From the NCBI GenBank assembly GCA_001949185.1, contig BDGG01000003.1:2483663-2547662 (forward strand): a DNA stretch of 64,000 bases, in the 5' to 3' direction. Position numbers and translations under genes: made by a program. Below the pieces are notes generated by a model. That model worked only from the letters and a program-made list of their open reading frames with translations, was not told the DNA's origin and did not search any database. Shown here piece after piece: positions 27,501 to 38,867 of this stretch (its first letter is position 1; every line of letters starts with the position of its first letter). This DNA is from Ramazzottius varieornatus (Eukaryota > Animalia > Tardigrada).

Positions 27501-30500
27501 CCCGGAATTTGCGGCAACTGTGGTGAGAACGTTTTCCAGTGTTTGAAGTGCCGCTCGATCAACTATGAACACCGTGAACCGTGGATGTGCCACTCGTGTG
27601 GCTTCTGCAAGTATGGCAAGTTCGACTATACTGTCCAGTGTCGGCCGTCTTCGTCCGGTAACTTCGACCCGGTGGTCAACGAGGAACAACGGCGAAGGAC
27701 AATCGCTACGGTAGATGGACTGTTGACGAAGTGTGACACGCAGTACCGCACGCTGCAGCTGCATCGGAACACCATCGAGACGATGGTGTCAGCTCTGCAG
27801 AAGAACGACAAAAGCTTCCAGGTACCGTTACCATTTCTGTACTGCAAATACTGTCATTCGCTGCAAAGCCAGTGAGCTCAAAAGAACTGGTGTTACTGAT
27901 TCAAATAGTCCCCTTACAGGAGCAAAATGTTGGTCAGTTGCATAAACCTGCATACAGCTTTGTGTTGGTTAACGGTAGCGTACATGTATGCAGGAGAATG
28001 CAAGGTTAGGATAGTTTGTTTACCAAGCTCTTGGATGTTCTCTTTGGGTGTATCTAATGGTCGACGGGATCAACTTGTGTAACAGGCCAGAACGGGCAGT
28101 AGAGAGAAATACAGGATCCTTTCCTTAAAGTATCATGGTTTTGTAGGTTCTGGCAAAGGGTGAAGTTCCAACTGCAGCCGTCGGTAACGCCACCATCGCC
28201 GTGTCCATGCCAGCCAGCGCTGTCAACAACGCTGCCAATGTCAACCCAGCCATCCAAGCCATCGCATACCGCTACAGCGTCGAATGCAAGAATGTCGTCC
28301 AGTCCATGGTCCAGCACGTTCAGAAGATTACCACCTGCCGCAAGCTTCTCCGCAGCTATGACGAGTCCCAGCACCACGGTACGACACCTTCGTCCCCCCA
28401 AGACTCTCCACACGACAAACTCGACAAATCCTTCCAGCCTGCGCAGTCAACGAAGAGACCGAGTTGCACCGCGCGGAACTGTTATGGATGTGCTTCGGCC
28501 GCTAGTCAGCTCTGTGTGAGAATACTTCGAGTGGTGGCGAAAGTTAAGCATCAGCATTACTTCAATGGATATAGCGGATTGGTGAATGAACTGATCGAGA
28601 ACCACCTTCATCGGGGAACCTCGGAGCAAAGAAACGAAGTCAAGAAGTTGATAATCAGTCTCATGCAGGTAAAAAGTATCAACAAGTAAAAATTTGACTA
28701 AATTTCAGATTATCTCGGTGGTCGGCAACGAAACGTACAATGTCGAAAAGTGCTTCCCTGCCCGTGCTTAAATTTGATTGACAGTTGTGGTCACACTACT
28801 GTAGTGACAGTAAGCTTGCGCATTCACACTAAATCTAATTAATCAATCGAATGTGACCACGGGCACAAAAGCACCTTCGACGTTGTGTAAGAATGTGATC
28901 TCCAGTGGCGCACACTGGCAGCCAAAATGATGAAATCTTGCGCCACTGAAATAACGATTCTTTTACGTTTCGTTTGCCGACCTCCCATTTGTGGTGTCTT
29001 TTAGACATTTATTCGATGATTTTTCTAGGGTTCGCAGTCATCGGTGGTAGAATTCGTGACGTTGCTTCAACAGCGCATCGCCTCCATCCAGACTTTCTGT
29101 ACACTGAACCCGTCTATTGCCACGTCGGTGGGTAATGAGATAGCTTTGCTGGAGATGGATGGGGGCGAAGAGAACGATCGGCACTGGGAGATCAAGCTGC
29201 GCTGTGTAGTGAGGTTGTTCTTGAATGCGGTACACAGTGATGTCCCGGGCATACTGGAATGCATCGCACTTCCTTGTCTGCGAATCATCGTGCATTCGCT
29301 GAAAGGCAACGCCAAGGGACAACGCATCGAGTCCATGAGTAGCTTACAAGTACCCGAACGTGTTAGCTTTCCACGCGTAATGCGATGGCTCAAAGGTACG
29401 AGTGCTTTTCCAGAAAAATCTGAATGGAAGCTCGGTGAACAAATTTGACCAGATCGCTTTGTCAGTGACGCACATTTCAGTCTTATTGGCTGAAAGCGTG
29501 CGCCACTTGGAAAAACGATCGTTATCAATGCCCCGAATTCGAGAAATGAAGTATAGAAACTGTTTCTGACCAACAGGTGATGCCAGAAACTCCTTCCAAG
29601 CATGGGCAAGCCACTGTCCGAAAAAACTCGCTCCGTCCAAGAACGCCAAAGAAATCCACCAAAACTACCTTCTGCAGAAGTATGCTCTTCGCTGGCGTCA
29701 GAAGGTTCATCGCAAGACCCATCCTCCCATCAACCCAAACACCGATGTGTCACTCAACGAAGAGGGCTGGCTAAAGCGTCTGATCTTCTACCCAGGTTCA
29801 CAGCAAGTGCGATCACTAGCAGTAGAGCTTCTTGAAGTCCTCCTGAGTTCGCCCTCGCGTCGATACTATGTCGATCAGTTCATGGGGGCTCTGTTGGGCG
29901 ATGGTCAAGCCTTGAGCGCGGCTGGCGAGTACGCTTCCGAGTTCGTCGAAGTCGTCAAGAAGGAGACCGAAGGAGAGGAAAGTAGTTTCGTGTTCGTGGC
30001 TTGTCCGCATATCCTGATGAAGGTGTCGGAGCTGATCAAGAGCGAGATCGAACAGGTAAGGCATCGAGCAGGAAAGATACTGTAGTGCTACTAAATTATC
30101 GCGCACGCAACCACGTGAACAGTAAATGATGCCCGGGTGAGAGTCAGCGAGGCTAAACCGATAACATCTGATCACGCTGGGCAGCGATTACTCATCACGT
30201 GGTTCAGTGCGCGATAATTTGGTAGCACTACAATATATTCTAGTTGGTTATAGTGTACCTGAACATTTCACAATGTGTTTGCTCACAGTTGGCGGTTCTC
30301 GAGATGGGTGAAAATACCGAGAATAGCGTTGCCAGCAACGCGCAAGGGTACGCACTAAAGTACCTGACGAGCATTCTGGGGAACCTCCTGACAAGAACCG
30401 ATGTGAGGGCCAAGTACCGAGGAAGCTTGATTGGGCCGATCTTCAACGGTTACTTGTCCTTGAGGAAGCTGGTCATGTGTCGAACTAAGCAAGTGAACGA

Positions 30501-33500
30501 AGCTGAAGAGAAGTTGCTGGAAATTATGGAAAGTCTGACTTCAGGTAAAAACGGCGGGAAGTGGCACAACGGAAAGCCTTTTTTTGTACACTCCTGCATA
30601 CCACCATAGCATTGTAAACGCTATGTGCAGTGTCTGTAGGTTGGTAAAATTCACCTTGTAATATTATGCGAGCCGTCCATTGAATGCATAGCGCTATCAT
30701 GATGTTACATCGAATGACCGAAACAAGACCCATCTGGAATTATTTAAGCGTTTGTTCGCAGGAACGGAAGAAGAGACCAAGTCCTTCATGGCCATCTGCA
30801 TCGAGGCGCTGAGTAAGAGCAGCGATCACAATGGACGTCTCACAGACTGGCGAACCCCGCAGTTCATCTACGAGCGACTGTGTACCATCATCTTCCCCCA
30901 AGAGAAAGAAAAGACTGAGTTCAGCTTAGTTGTCGAGAAAGACCCACAGCAGGAAGACTATATCCAAGGACGTATGCAAGGTAACCCGTATGCCTTGTCG
31001 GCCTTCGTCCCTCGCCTCGACGGACCCGGCACGGGTGCACCGACGACCGGAGCTGGTGGAGAACGCGACGTCATCATGCGGGACATCAAGAACAAGGTAA
31101 GCATCCGCCAAAAGTGAGCTTCCGTTTTACAGTCCTTCTACATGATGGTCATCGTTTTACAGATTTGTCGAGATTCCGAGTTGATCGGTTTGCTGCACGA
31201 CGAGACAGCGATGGAGTTGCTGGTGGCGGGGAAGATCATCTCGTTGGACTTGCCTGTAAAGAGTGTCTACAAGAAGATCTGGCTGCGCGACAACGCGGAA
31301 GGTTCTCCGATGCGCGTCATGTACCGTCTGCGAGGTCTGATGGGCGACGCTACCGAAGAGTTCATCGGCACCTTGGAGTCTCGCGACAAGAACAATGCCA
31401 TCCCGGAAGAAGTCTACAAGTTGGCGAACGTCCTTTTGCAAAGCAATGGTTTCCCGGTATGACAAAGAAACTGATCCTAAATTTTTGTTGAATACTTTTG
31501 CTGATTTATTTCTCGTAGGTTATCATCGGTCATTTGCGAGAGCTTTGCACCGCCTCGCTACCTGAGCAAGCAGCCCCGTTGATCGACGTCATTCTTCGCC
31601 TGCTGTCGTTCGCCATCCAGCTGAAGAGCAACCGGCAAGCTTTGATCGTCCATGCTGGAGAATGGCAGACTTTCTCGACCTTCATCACCTTACTGAAGAT
31701 GACGGTCAAGCAACGTCCGACTCTCGCCCACCAACTTCTGACCATCATGGAAGCTGCCTTCAAGGAAGCTACCACCATCTTGTCAACGAAGTCCTATGAA
31801 GATTTTGTCCTAAACTGCGGCACTCAGCAGGTACTGTCTCCACCTCACGACGTCGTACAATGCATGAAGATTTCTGCAAGAGCCTGCATACTCCCATATA
31901 GTAATTAGAATATGTTACGAAGTACCCAGGTACATGCAATATAAATATTTCATGTACCTGCATACAGGAAGCAGTGCGTGTGTTATGAGGCTCAGTTATG
32001 CAGTGTTCCCGGACATTTCTAAAAGTCTTAAGGCTGTTCAGCTGATGGTTTTGTGTTTGTTTCTGGATAGGATGTGGCGGATCTGCTGGAATGTTTGAAT
32101 AGTTTCGAAGCCGAATCGAAGACTGCCGAACAGCTTCTCCACATCATCCCCTTCCTGTGCTTCGGGAACGAAGGCAAGCTGCAGGTCATCGTGGAATACT
32201 TCCAGCACTGTCTGGACTTCGAGCAGTTCGACAGCAGCGCTGAAGAAGGGTCTGTCTGCCATGACACCAAGATGCTGGAATGGCTGTGTCGTCTGGTCGA
32301 GCAGCTTGGGCAGGACGAAGTAGCGGCCACGTTCAAGGACGCCTGGCTGCAGCACCTCGATCCTCCCTTGACAAAGAAGATCATTGCGTATTTCATGTCG
32401 TACGCAGTGGTCATTACCACGGCCAGCCCGGAATCACCGGAGTTCAAACGAGCTGTCAACCGGAACTCGATGAAGTAAGCCGCTGCTCTGGCGACATACA
32501 ACAATAAAAAACAACATAAAAAGGGAGATGCGCAAACAAAACGTGCAAGATTTTAATACTAAGTGCACCTTTTCAGCCAATAACAATACAACGTGCGCCA
32601 CTTGAGATAACGATCTTATATATTTTGTTTGCCGAGTTCCCAGAAAGTACAAGAATAGTAAAATAAAATACCGTAAGTCGATTTATCCCGTCTGTTTCTT
32701 CCTAGGTTCGTACTGCGTTTGCTGACGGGTTTAGCTCGTGGACACGAAGCCACGCAAGTTCTCCTCAGCCAAGAATGTGTTCCGAGCATCCATCGACTAG
32801 AGCACGTCAGTACTCCGCTGTCGGTTCTGGCCGAGAACCTTATGGAAGTCATGAAGGAAAACGGCGCGGTGAAGGAGCGCATCGAACAGATCCGAGAGCA
32901 GACCAAAGCTGAGAAGAAACGACTGGCCATGGCCATGCGAGCCAAGCAGCTTGGTGCCATGGGTATGACCAGTAACGAGAAGGGCGAGATCCTCATCACG
33001 AAAGCCGCCATCTCTGGCATGGAAGAACTGGCTGACGACAAGGGACTTCGGTGCTGCATCTGCCGAGAAGGCTACCGCTTTAAACCCGATAAACTTCTCG
33101 GTAATAACACCATTGAACAGTAACGTAAATATACCTTTGGAATGAATGTGGGCTAATGGATTGAACCAGATCGGTTTTTTTCCACCTGGCGCACACTTTC
33201 AGCCAATAACAACGTAACCGTGCGCGACTAGAGATAGCAGTCTGGTTCAGTTTACCACGTCGCGTTTTGGAATATTGATAATCTCGATTTTCTTACAGGT
33301 TTATACACGTTCACCTACAAGCAAACTGTCGATCCTCTGGAACACAAAAACCCGAAAACTCCGGGTTTCATTACGGTAACGCACTTCACTTCCGTCCATA
33401 ACGAATGCCACAACGGAGCCATCAAGTCCAACCGCGATGAATGGGAGAAGGCCGCACTTCACAATGCCAACACCAGATGCAACGGCATCCTTCCGCTATG

Positions 33501-34354
33501 GGGACCTCTAGTTCCTGAATCCGCTTATGTCCAAGCACTGGTAAGACCTTCAACCGACTGCGGGTGAACTCAGGGGGTTGATGTGGTAGCTTTTGCGTTT
33601 TCAGGCGCGTTACAACCAGCACATCCAAGATTTCACCGGCATCCGCGAAGTCAACTACACGACGAGCGTCCACGACATCAAGCTGTCCCTCCTCACCGGT
33701 GCCGAAGAGCGTTCTTTCAGCGAAGTCAGCCGCGGAGGTGGTCGCGACTCCAACTTCCGTCTCTTACCCTACACCATCCACAACACGCTTTACGTCATCA
33801 ACAGCCAACGCGTCATGGCCAAGGAACGCACCAACATCCAAGCCTTTCTCAAAGCCCGCCCTTCCACCTTCCGCGCTCAGTGTCACCAGTCGGACTCGCC
33901 GGCCTTCTACACGGTCCTCTTTCTCCTGATGCACGATCGGAAACAGTGGTTGCAGGACCGTCTAACCATCCTCCAGCGACTTCTCGTCATGTCTCACGAG
34001 AAGCGGGCCATCAACAATGGCGAAGTGCAAGAATACTCGGTGTACAAGAGCAGCTTCATGTTCTTTGCTTTGGTTGACTTGTGCTATTCGAAATTGTTTG
34101 CCAAAGTGTCACCGGGACAAGAGAGTGAGGGTGACTGGCCAGAAACTTTGGCCATGTATATTCGGATGAATGATATCCAACTGATGGAGGCCTGTGATGG
34201 CATGCTGCAGATCTTTGAGGAGGAACTGGCCCCGGCAACGTCAGCCGCTGAAGTTATGGATATTCTTCACTTACTTGATGTGGTCACTGATCCTCATGCT
34301 TTCATCCAGTCTGTACTGACTGCCGCGTTTTCACCCGCTAGTGACACTATGTAG
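12556..34354 (+). CDS. UBR4: E3 ubiquitin-protein ligase UBR4 (p600 / purity of essence), many exons; 5' end uncertain
   Basis: UBR box split by an intron (LCTFTITAKEFMSQHW | [48 protein letters not shown], about 19193-19615). Also FPVDFFE, FLESDPCLVCN, LQCPRCS/CGNCGENVFQCLKCRSINY, LTEMALRLPYQ, EKDPQQEDYIQGRMQGNPY, YRLRGLMGDATEEF and the C-terminal CCICREGY...HNANTRCNGILPLWG region; stop at 34354. Confidence 0.97.
15089..15170 (-). repeat. Family A palindrome (UBR4 intron)
   Basis: AGTGGCGCAC (15109)-N25-GTGCGCCACT; core GTTATTGGTTG in reverse orientation. Confidence 0.8.
19386..19435. repeat. Family B fixed-spacer palindrome (UBR4 intron)
   Basis: ACCTGCATACA-N28-TGTATGCAGGT, perfect arms. 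Confidence 0.85.
20544..20593. repeat. Family B fixed-spacer palindrome (UBR4 intron)
   Basis: ACCTGCATACA-N28-TGTATGCAGGT, perfect arms. Confidence 0.85.
22848..22897. repeat. Family B fixed-spacer palindrome (UBR4 intron)
   Basis: ACCTGCATACA-N28-GGTCTGCAGGT. Confidence 0.8.
24134..24211 (+). repeat. Family A palindrome (UBR4 intron)
   Basis: CAAGATCG..AGTGGCGCAC (24151)-N24-GTGCACCACT..CAATCTTG. Confidence 0.8.
27331..27412 (+). repeat. Family A palindrome (UBR4 intron)
   Basis: AGTGGCGCAC (27351)-N25-GGGCGCCACG, outer arms GAACGTGACCG/CGATCATGTTC. Confidence 0.75.
27946..27995. repeat. Family B fixed-spacer palindrome (UBR4 intron)
   Basis: ACCTGCATACA-N28-TGTATGCAGGA. Confidence 0.85.
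28737..28886. mobile_element. Degenerate ~150-bp MITE in a UBR4 intron
   Basis: ACAATGTCGAAAAGTGCTTCCCTGCCCGTG and CACGGGCACAAAAGCACCTTCGACGTTGT form ~30-bp imperfect TIRs. Confidence 0.6.
28897..28959 (+). repeat. Family A palindrome (UBR4 intron)
   Basis: CAGTGGCGCAC..CAGCCAAAAT..TGCGCCACTG..ATAACGAT. Confidence 0.75.
29447..29520 (-). repeat. Family A palindrome (UBR4 intron)
   Basis: ACCAGATCG..AGTGACGCAC..TTATTGGCTGAAAGCGTGCGCCACTTGGAAAAACGATC. Confidence 0.8.
30085..30228. mobile_element. TA-flanked palindromic MITE (Tc1/mariner-type) in a UBR4 intron
   Basis: GTGCTACTAAATTATCGCGCAC and GTGCGCGATAATTTGGTAGCAC (1 mismatch); pairing continues inward via AACCACGTGA/TCACGTGGTT. TA at 30083-30084 and 30229-30230. 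Confidence 0.78.
30592..30641. repeat. Family B fixed-spacer palindrome (UBR4 intron)
   Basis: TCCTGCATACC-N28-TGTCTGTAGGT. Confidence 0.7.
31882..32005. repeat. Two adjacent family B palindromes (UBR4 intron)
   Basis: GCCTGCATACT-N28-AGTACCCAGGT (31882-31931) and ACCTGCATACA-N28-GTTATGCAGTG (31956-32005). Confidence 0.65.
32545..32619 (+). repeat. Family A palindrome (UBR4 intron)
   Basis: TTTCAGCCAATAACAATACAACGTGCGCCACTTGAGATAACGATCTT; left arm degenerate. Confidence 0.75.
33161..33249 (+). repeat. Family A palindrome (UBR4 intron)
   Basis: TGAACCAGATCG..TGGCGCAC..TTTCAGCCAATAACAA..GTGCGCGACT..TCTGGTTCA. Confidence 0.8.
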
Positions 34355-34684
34355 ACTTTCTTTCTTTTTTCATTTCATCTGGCAGGGGCGCTTTTTGCCA
34401 TACTGTATGTAATAGCACACTTTGATTTTCTTCCCTCTTTCATCTGTTTTACACGTTAGCTGAACGTCACACAAACCTTTTCGCTTGTGATACCTTTCGT
34501 CGAGAACTGTGACGGCATAACACTTTACGAATAAACCGTGTAACGAGCACGGACTGTCAGAACAAGGAAGAGACCGGCATTCATGCACTAGGTTGAGCAA
34601 ACACGAGAGACAACCTTGGTTTGGAGTACCTCCAACTTACATGCAAATGAAGATCCGTAGCAGAGCGAGCGCACAAGGTACGTA

Positions 34685-35254
34685 CACGTACGACGAGATA
34701 TTACGAGCCAGTAAAAATTACGGGCCAGGCCCTTTCGCTACGGCGGCACGGGCAGGTGATTCTTGCTACAAGTAAAAACCAGCATCGAAGGCTGCACTGC
34801 TGTACGTACGTGCTGGACATTGGGCCAAGGAGCTAAAACGTGTCATATTGATATGTATTGTGTGGTATCTTCGACATAACGTAGGACGGTGCTGCGCGGA
34901 AGTTTGAAGACTGGAGCTGCTTCGCGTAGTGCCATTCCATTCCCGACAGCAGATAGAGCATCCTTTAGGGCTTCTTCGGTGTATCGTCGATACCGTTTGG
35001 TCTTGAAGGGGTGGGACATTTTCAAAAACGCTCACGGAAAAGATATCGGGACAAGGAGTCCAGAGCTTCTCCGAGAGAGTTGAATGGCTATGCACAGTGA
35101 AACGGCTGATCAGCTGACGGCCACGGTCCAGGACAATTTTCTATGGTTAAATTTCACTACGTTACGTGATTTGTCCAATTTCTGTTTCTGACTTCCATAC
35201 AAATTGTAAATTTGCCGTCTTTTCCGCCTGGCCCGTAATATCTCGTCGTGCGTG
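34685..35254 (-). mobile_element. Internally deleted pogo-like element retaining a pipsqueak-type HTH
   Basis: 27-bp TIRs CACGTACGACGAGATATTACGAGCCAG and CTGGCCCGTAATATCTCGTCGTGCGTG (2 mismatches); TA on the left, TG on the right. Minus-strand ORF 34843-35025 (RYRRYTEEALKDALSAVGNGMALREAAPVFKLPRSTVLRYV) matches the psq HTH pattern. Confidence 0.78.
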
Positions 35255-36277
35255 TGTTGATATTTCGATCCAGTTACAACTGATTATTGTTCACGAATAG
35301 CAAGTCAGTGCGGAGCGAGTGTGGTCTGTGCCGTGGAATTTCTTGATGGCAATAACGCGAGAAAAGCGGACAATCGCTCTGTTGTACAATGTTTCTAATG
35401 CTTGCCGGCCAGATATGTTACATGACCACGAGTACGAGTGAATGATACTATAGGGTCAACGTGACATCCGTCTGGCAAGCATTTCCGACGCTGTAGACAC
35501 GATCGAGAAACCCAGCGCCGCTGCTTCCTGCTTTCCTTGCCAGCTGCAACGGACCCTTCTCATCATTTGCTGAGATGATACTGTAATCTGCCTCTTTTTG
35601 TCTGTTGATAACTACTGGATGCGTTGGCACAGGATGGGAAAGCATAATGCCGGGATCGATGAATTAGGTATGCAAACTGGTAGATGAGGTTTAGAACGCA
35701 GAAGATGAGCATGCGTATGCTCAAAGGGAATAACTACTGCAGTGGTCGAAATTAGGTTAATTGATGTCCGATGGTGGTGTAACTAAAGTGCGTATATCTT
35801 TGATCTAGAGGGTATCGATGAAGTGGATTTCTGCCATTATCTAGTATCGGCCGAGTTCCATAGTCCAGTTTGTACGCACCAAGGTTTCACCCCATTCGAA
35901 TTTAGCACACCGTATAAAATGCGGAAATGTAGCAAAATCAGTAGCGTTTTTCTAAGGCTAATGCAAGTCAAACATTTCACTACGTTTGTTCTCCGCGAGG
36001 TTAGCCATACGGCAAGAGATATCACCAGGACATTTTAAAGACCTCCATGGCGTTCGATCCACCCGAAGTGTTGACCGGCGTACGGTTAGTGCGCGCATGA
36101 TCCACCGTATGCTTCTTCAATTTCGTACTTCAGTTTCCTTGTGTCATTTTTTACCTTGGTCAGCAGTTTCGTTTTAACACATTGGTATAAAATAATCTCG
36201 TTAGGCCTTCAAGTACTTGTTCAAGAGTGCACGTTGTTTCTGCGCAGTTTTCTGAGAAATCTTATAAGACAAGAACA

Positions 36278-37802
36278 ATGTTAAAGCAGCAACTCCCAGC
36301 CAATGGTTTCCGGAGCATAATAACTTCCAACTTTACATTGTGTTTTTTCATGTGTGTTCTAGTGGCCAATCTATGTCTGTCAGATGGAAAACCCACCCAA
36401 GTTATAGAGGGAATTCCGATGCATATTATCCTTGGAGCTCCTCGACAGCCAGAGCCTTACAATGACACCTATCCCATGACATCACCCTTAGCATTACAAG
36501 ATGGATCGATACAGTTCCGCCTTTCAATAATTGCTGATCTGGACAGGAAATCTAGGGACGCCAACGACTCCTCTACCTTTAACAGCTATCTGAAGTCCGG
36601 AAGGTTCACTATCCAGCCGGAATGGAAAGGTGCGAGCATAGTTTGGAACGACAACAGTACGGTCAGCACGGGCGTGGGGACCGAAAATAAAACCATCGAC
36701 CCTGACAGTTCGCAGACTATGTACTATGGAGCTGGAGGTCGCATCAACTCGCAGTTCGCCTTCGGGAACCGCGGAATGGAATTGTCCAGCTTGGTGACGT
36801 TCAACGGGAAACTGTATGCCTGCGAGGACAGGACAGGGATTATTTTCCAAATTGTGGACCATAAAGTAATTCCGTGGGTCATTCTGGCGGACGGAAATGG
36901 CACCAGACCCAGAGGTAAATATATGCCCGAAAGACTGCATGTACGTCAGATTTCTTCTGCAAAACTTTTGATCGTTACTGTAGGATTCAAGTGTGAATGG
37001 ACAATAGTAAGAGACGAGCACTTGTACGTCGGAAGTCACAGTGCGGACATCAAACACATCCACCGTGATGGTCCTTCCGTCGAAGCAGGTCAACGCTGGG
37101 TACGTAAACTGTAACTGAAATGTGTACCGAAACGGAAACTGATGCTTTACCTACTCCTGTCGTATTTGAGACGTAGGCAACTGATTTAGACCAAGTCGTT
37201 TTTTTAAGTGGCGCACTTCAGCTAGTAACAATGAAAACGTGCGCCCCTTGAAAGGATAATCTGGTTCAATTCCCAGTTACGTAGTTTATCTGCCCGCCAT
37301 AAACCCAAAATGCTATACGGGTAACTGTTCATAGGTTAAGAAGATCTCCAAAGAGGGTCTTGTCGAGCATCTGGACTGGGAGCCGGTGTACTTAGCGCTG
37401 GAGCAACACTTGGGCGTCAAACCACCAGGATACGTCATGCACGAAACGGTTCTCTGGTCCGACATCCAGAAGACTTGGTACTTCATGCCTCGTCAGATCA
37501 GTCACGAGAACTACACAGAAGAACGACATCCATACACGTGCTCCAACCTCATGATTTACGCCAATGAAAACTTCACGGATATCCGCAGTATGCCCATCGG
37601 TGAGCACAACCCCATCTACGGATTCTCCGCGGCCCGATTCGTTCCGGGTACCGACGATACGGTCATAATCGCTCTAAGGATCATGGAGATTGATGAGATA
37701 TTCTCTACAAGGATAATAGTGTTTAGCATCACTGGAACTATCCATTTGGTCGAGGAGGAAGTACTAAATGGCTTGAAATATGAAGGTCTTGAGTTTACAT
37801 AA
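36278..37802 (+). CDS. Calcium-activated nucleotidase / apyrase (CANT1 family), 3 exons, with N-terminal hydrophobic signal or anchor
   Basis: Exons 36278-36914, 36984-37099 and 37335-37802. Motifs IIADLD, NRGMELSSL, EDRTGII, PWVILADGNG, GFKCEW, PPGYVMHE, WYFMPR, GFSAARFVPGT, KYEGLEF. Confidence 0.9.
37188..37268 (+). repeat. Family A palindrome (apyrase intron 2)
   Basis: AAGTGGCGCAC..CAGCTAGTAACAA..GTGCGCCCCTTG..ATCTGGTTCA. Confidence 0.75.
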
Positions 37803-38513
37803 ACATGTGTATAGTACGTAGATCGAAATTAATGATCTCTCGGCTTACCGGTGTGGAAAAGTCCGATGACAAACGATCGAAACTTAACGCAGCTTTGTCG
37901 TGACAATTTAACTGATTCATCTCTATACGTCGCAGGAATGATATTCTCCGCTTTTTTTGACGACTGCAGTTCCAGTTCAAGTTCAAGACGACCAAGTTAG
38001 GATAAATCCGCATTCAGCACAGCAGGGCAAGCATAACTTCTCGACCTACTGTTTGTGTGTGAGCTGAACTTCCTCCTCCATGGCTTGATAAGTTGACTGT
38101 CCACTGAAGTAAGTGTGAAGCTCAGAGTTAATACTCCTTCGTCAGTTTTCTGGTCCCACGAACCGGAAGTCTAACAGGAAGTGTGACAACAGAACAAAGC
38201 ATGCATCCAGAATAAACCCCGACTTGGCCGCAATGGTTTGCCATATCCAAAAAACAAAGCATGTGTAGTAAGCCGTTATTTTGGAGATGATCCCGATTGC
38301 AATCGAATAGTGATCCGAATTAGAAATTAAATACATAAGACTGCATAAGAATCACTTTGCTATTTTCATATTATTTTGCAGTCTCTAAAGTCCAGACTGG
38401 TATTAGTCGTATATATAGATTTGGGCTGTGGGCAAGGTTCCTCAGAAGTCTGGGGTCATGGCGTAGAGGCACAGCTGATGAAATCTGAGAAGGGCAAGGG
38501 AGGGTTTCGGGTT

Positions 38514-38867
38514 NNNNNNNNNNNNNNNNNNNNNNNNNNNNNNNNNNNNNNNNNNNNNNNNNNNNNNNNNNNNNNNNNNNNNNNNNNNNNNNNNNNNNNN
38601 NNNNNNNNNNNNNNNNNNNNNNNNNNNNNNNNNNNNNNNNNNNNNNNNNNNNNNNNNNNNNNNNNNNNNNNNNNNNNNNNNNNNNNNNNNNNNNNNNNNN
38701 NNNNNNNNNNNNNNNNNNNNNNNNNNNNNNNNNNNNNNNNNNNNNNNNNNNNNNNNNNNNNNNNNNNNNNNNNNNNNNNNNNNNNNNNNNNNNNNNNNNN
38801 NNNNNNNNNNNNNNNNNNNNNNNNNNNNNNNNNNNNNNNNNNNNNNNNNNNNNNNNNNNNNNNNNNN
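38514..38867. other. Assembly gap (run of N)
   Basis: 354 consecutive N. Confidence 1.

Noticed and set aside
19386-32005. Family B as a CRISPR-like array (conserved repeats with fixed-length variable spacers)
   Set aside because: The arms are inverted rather than direct, the units are dispersed singly in spliceosomal introns kilobases apart, and there are no cas-like ORFs.
12556-34354. Numerous antisense and alternative-frame ORFs of 60-230 aa overlapping UBR4
   Set aside because: Expected shadows of long coding exons; no independent motifs or splice structure.
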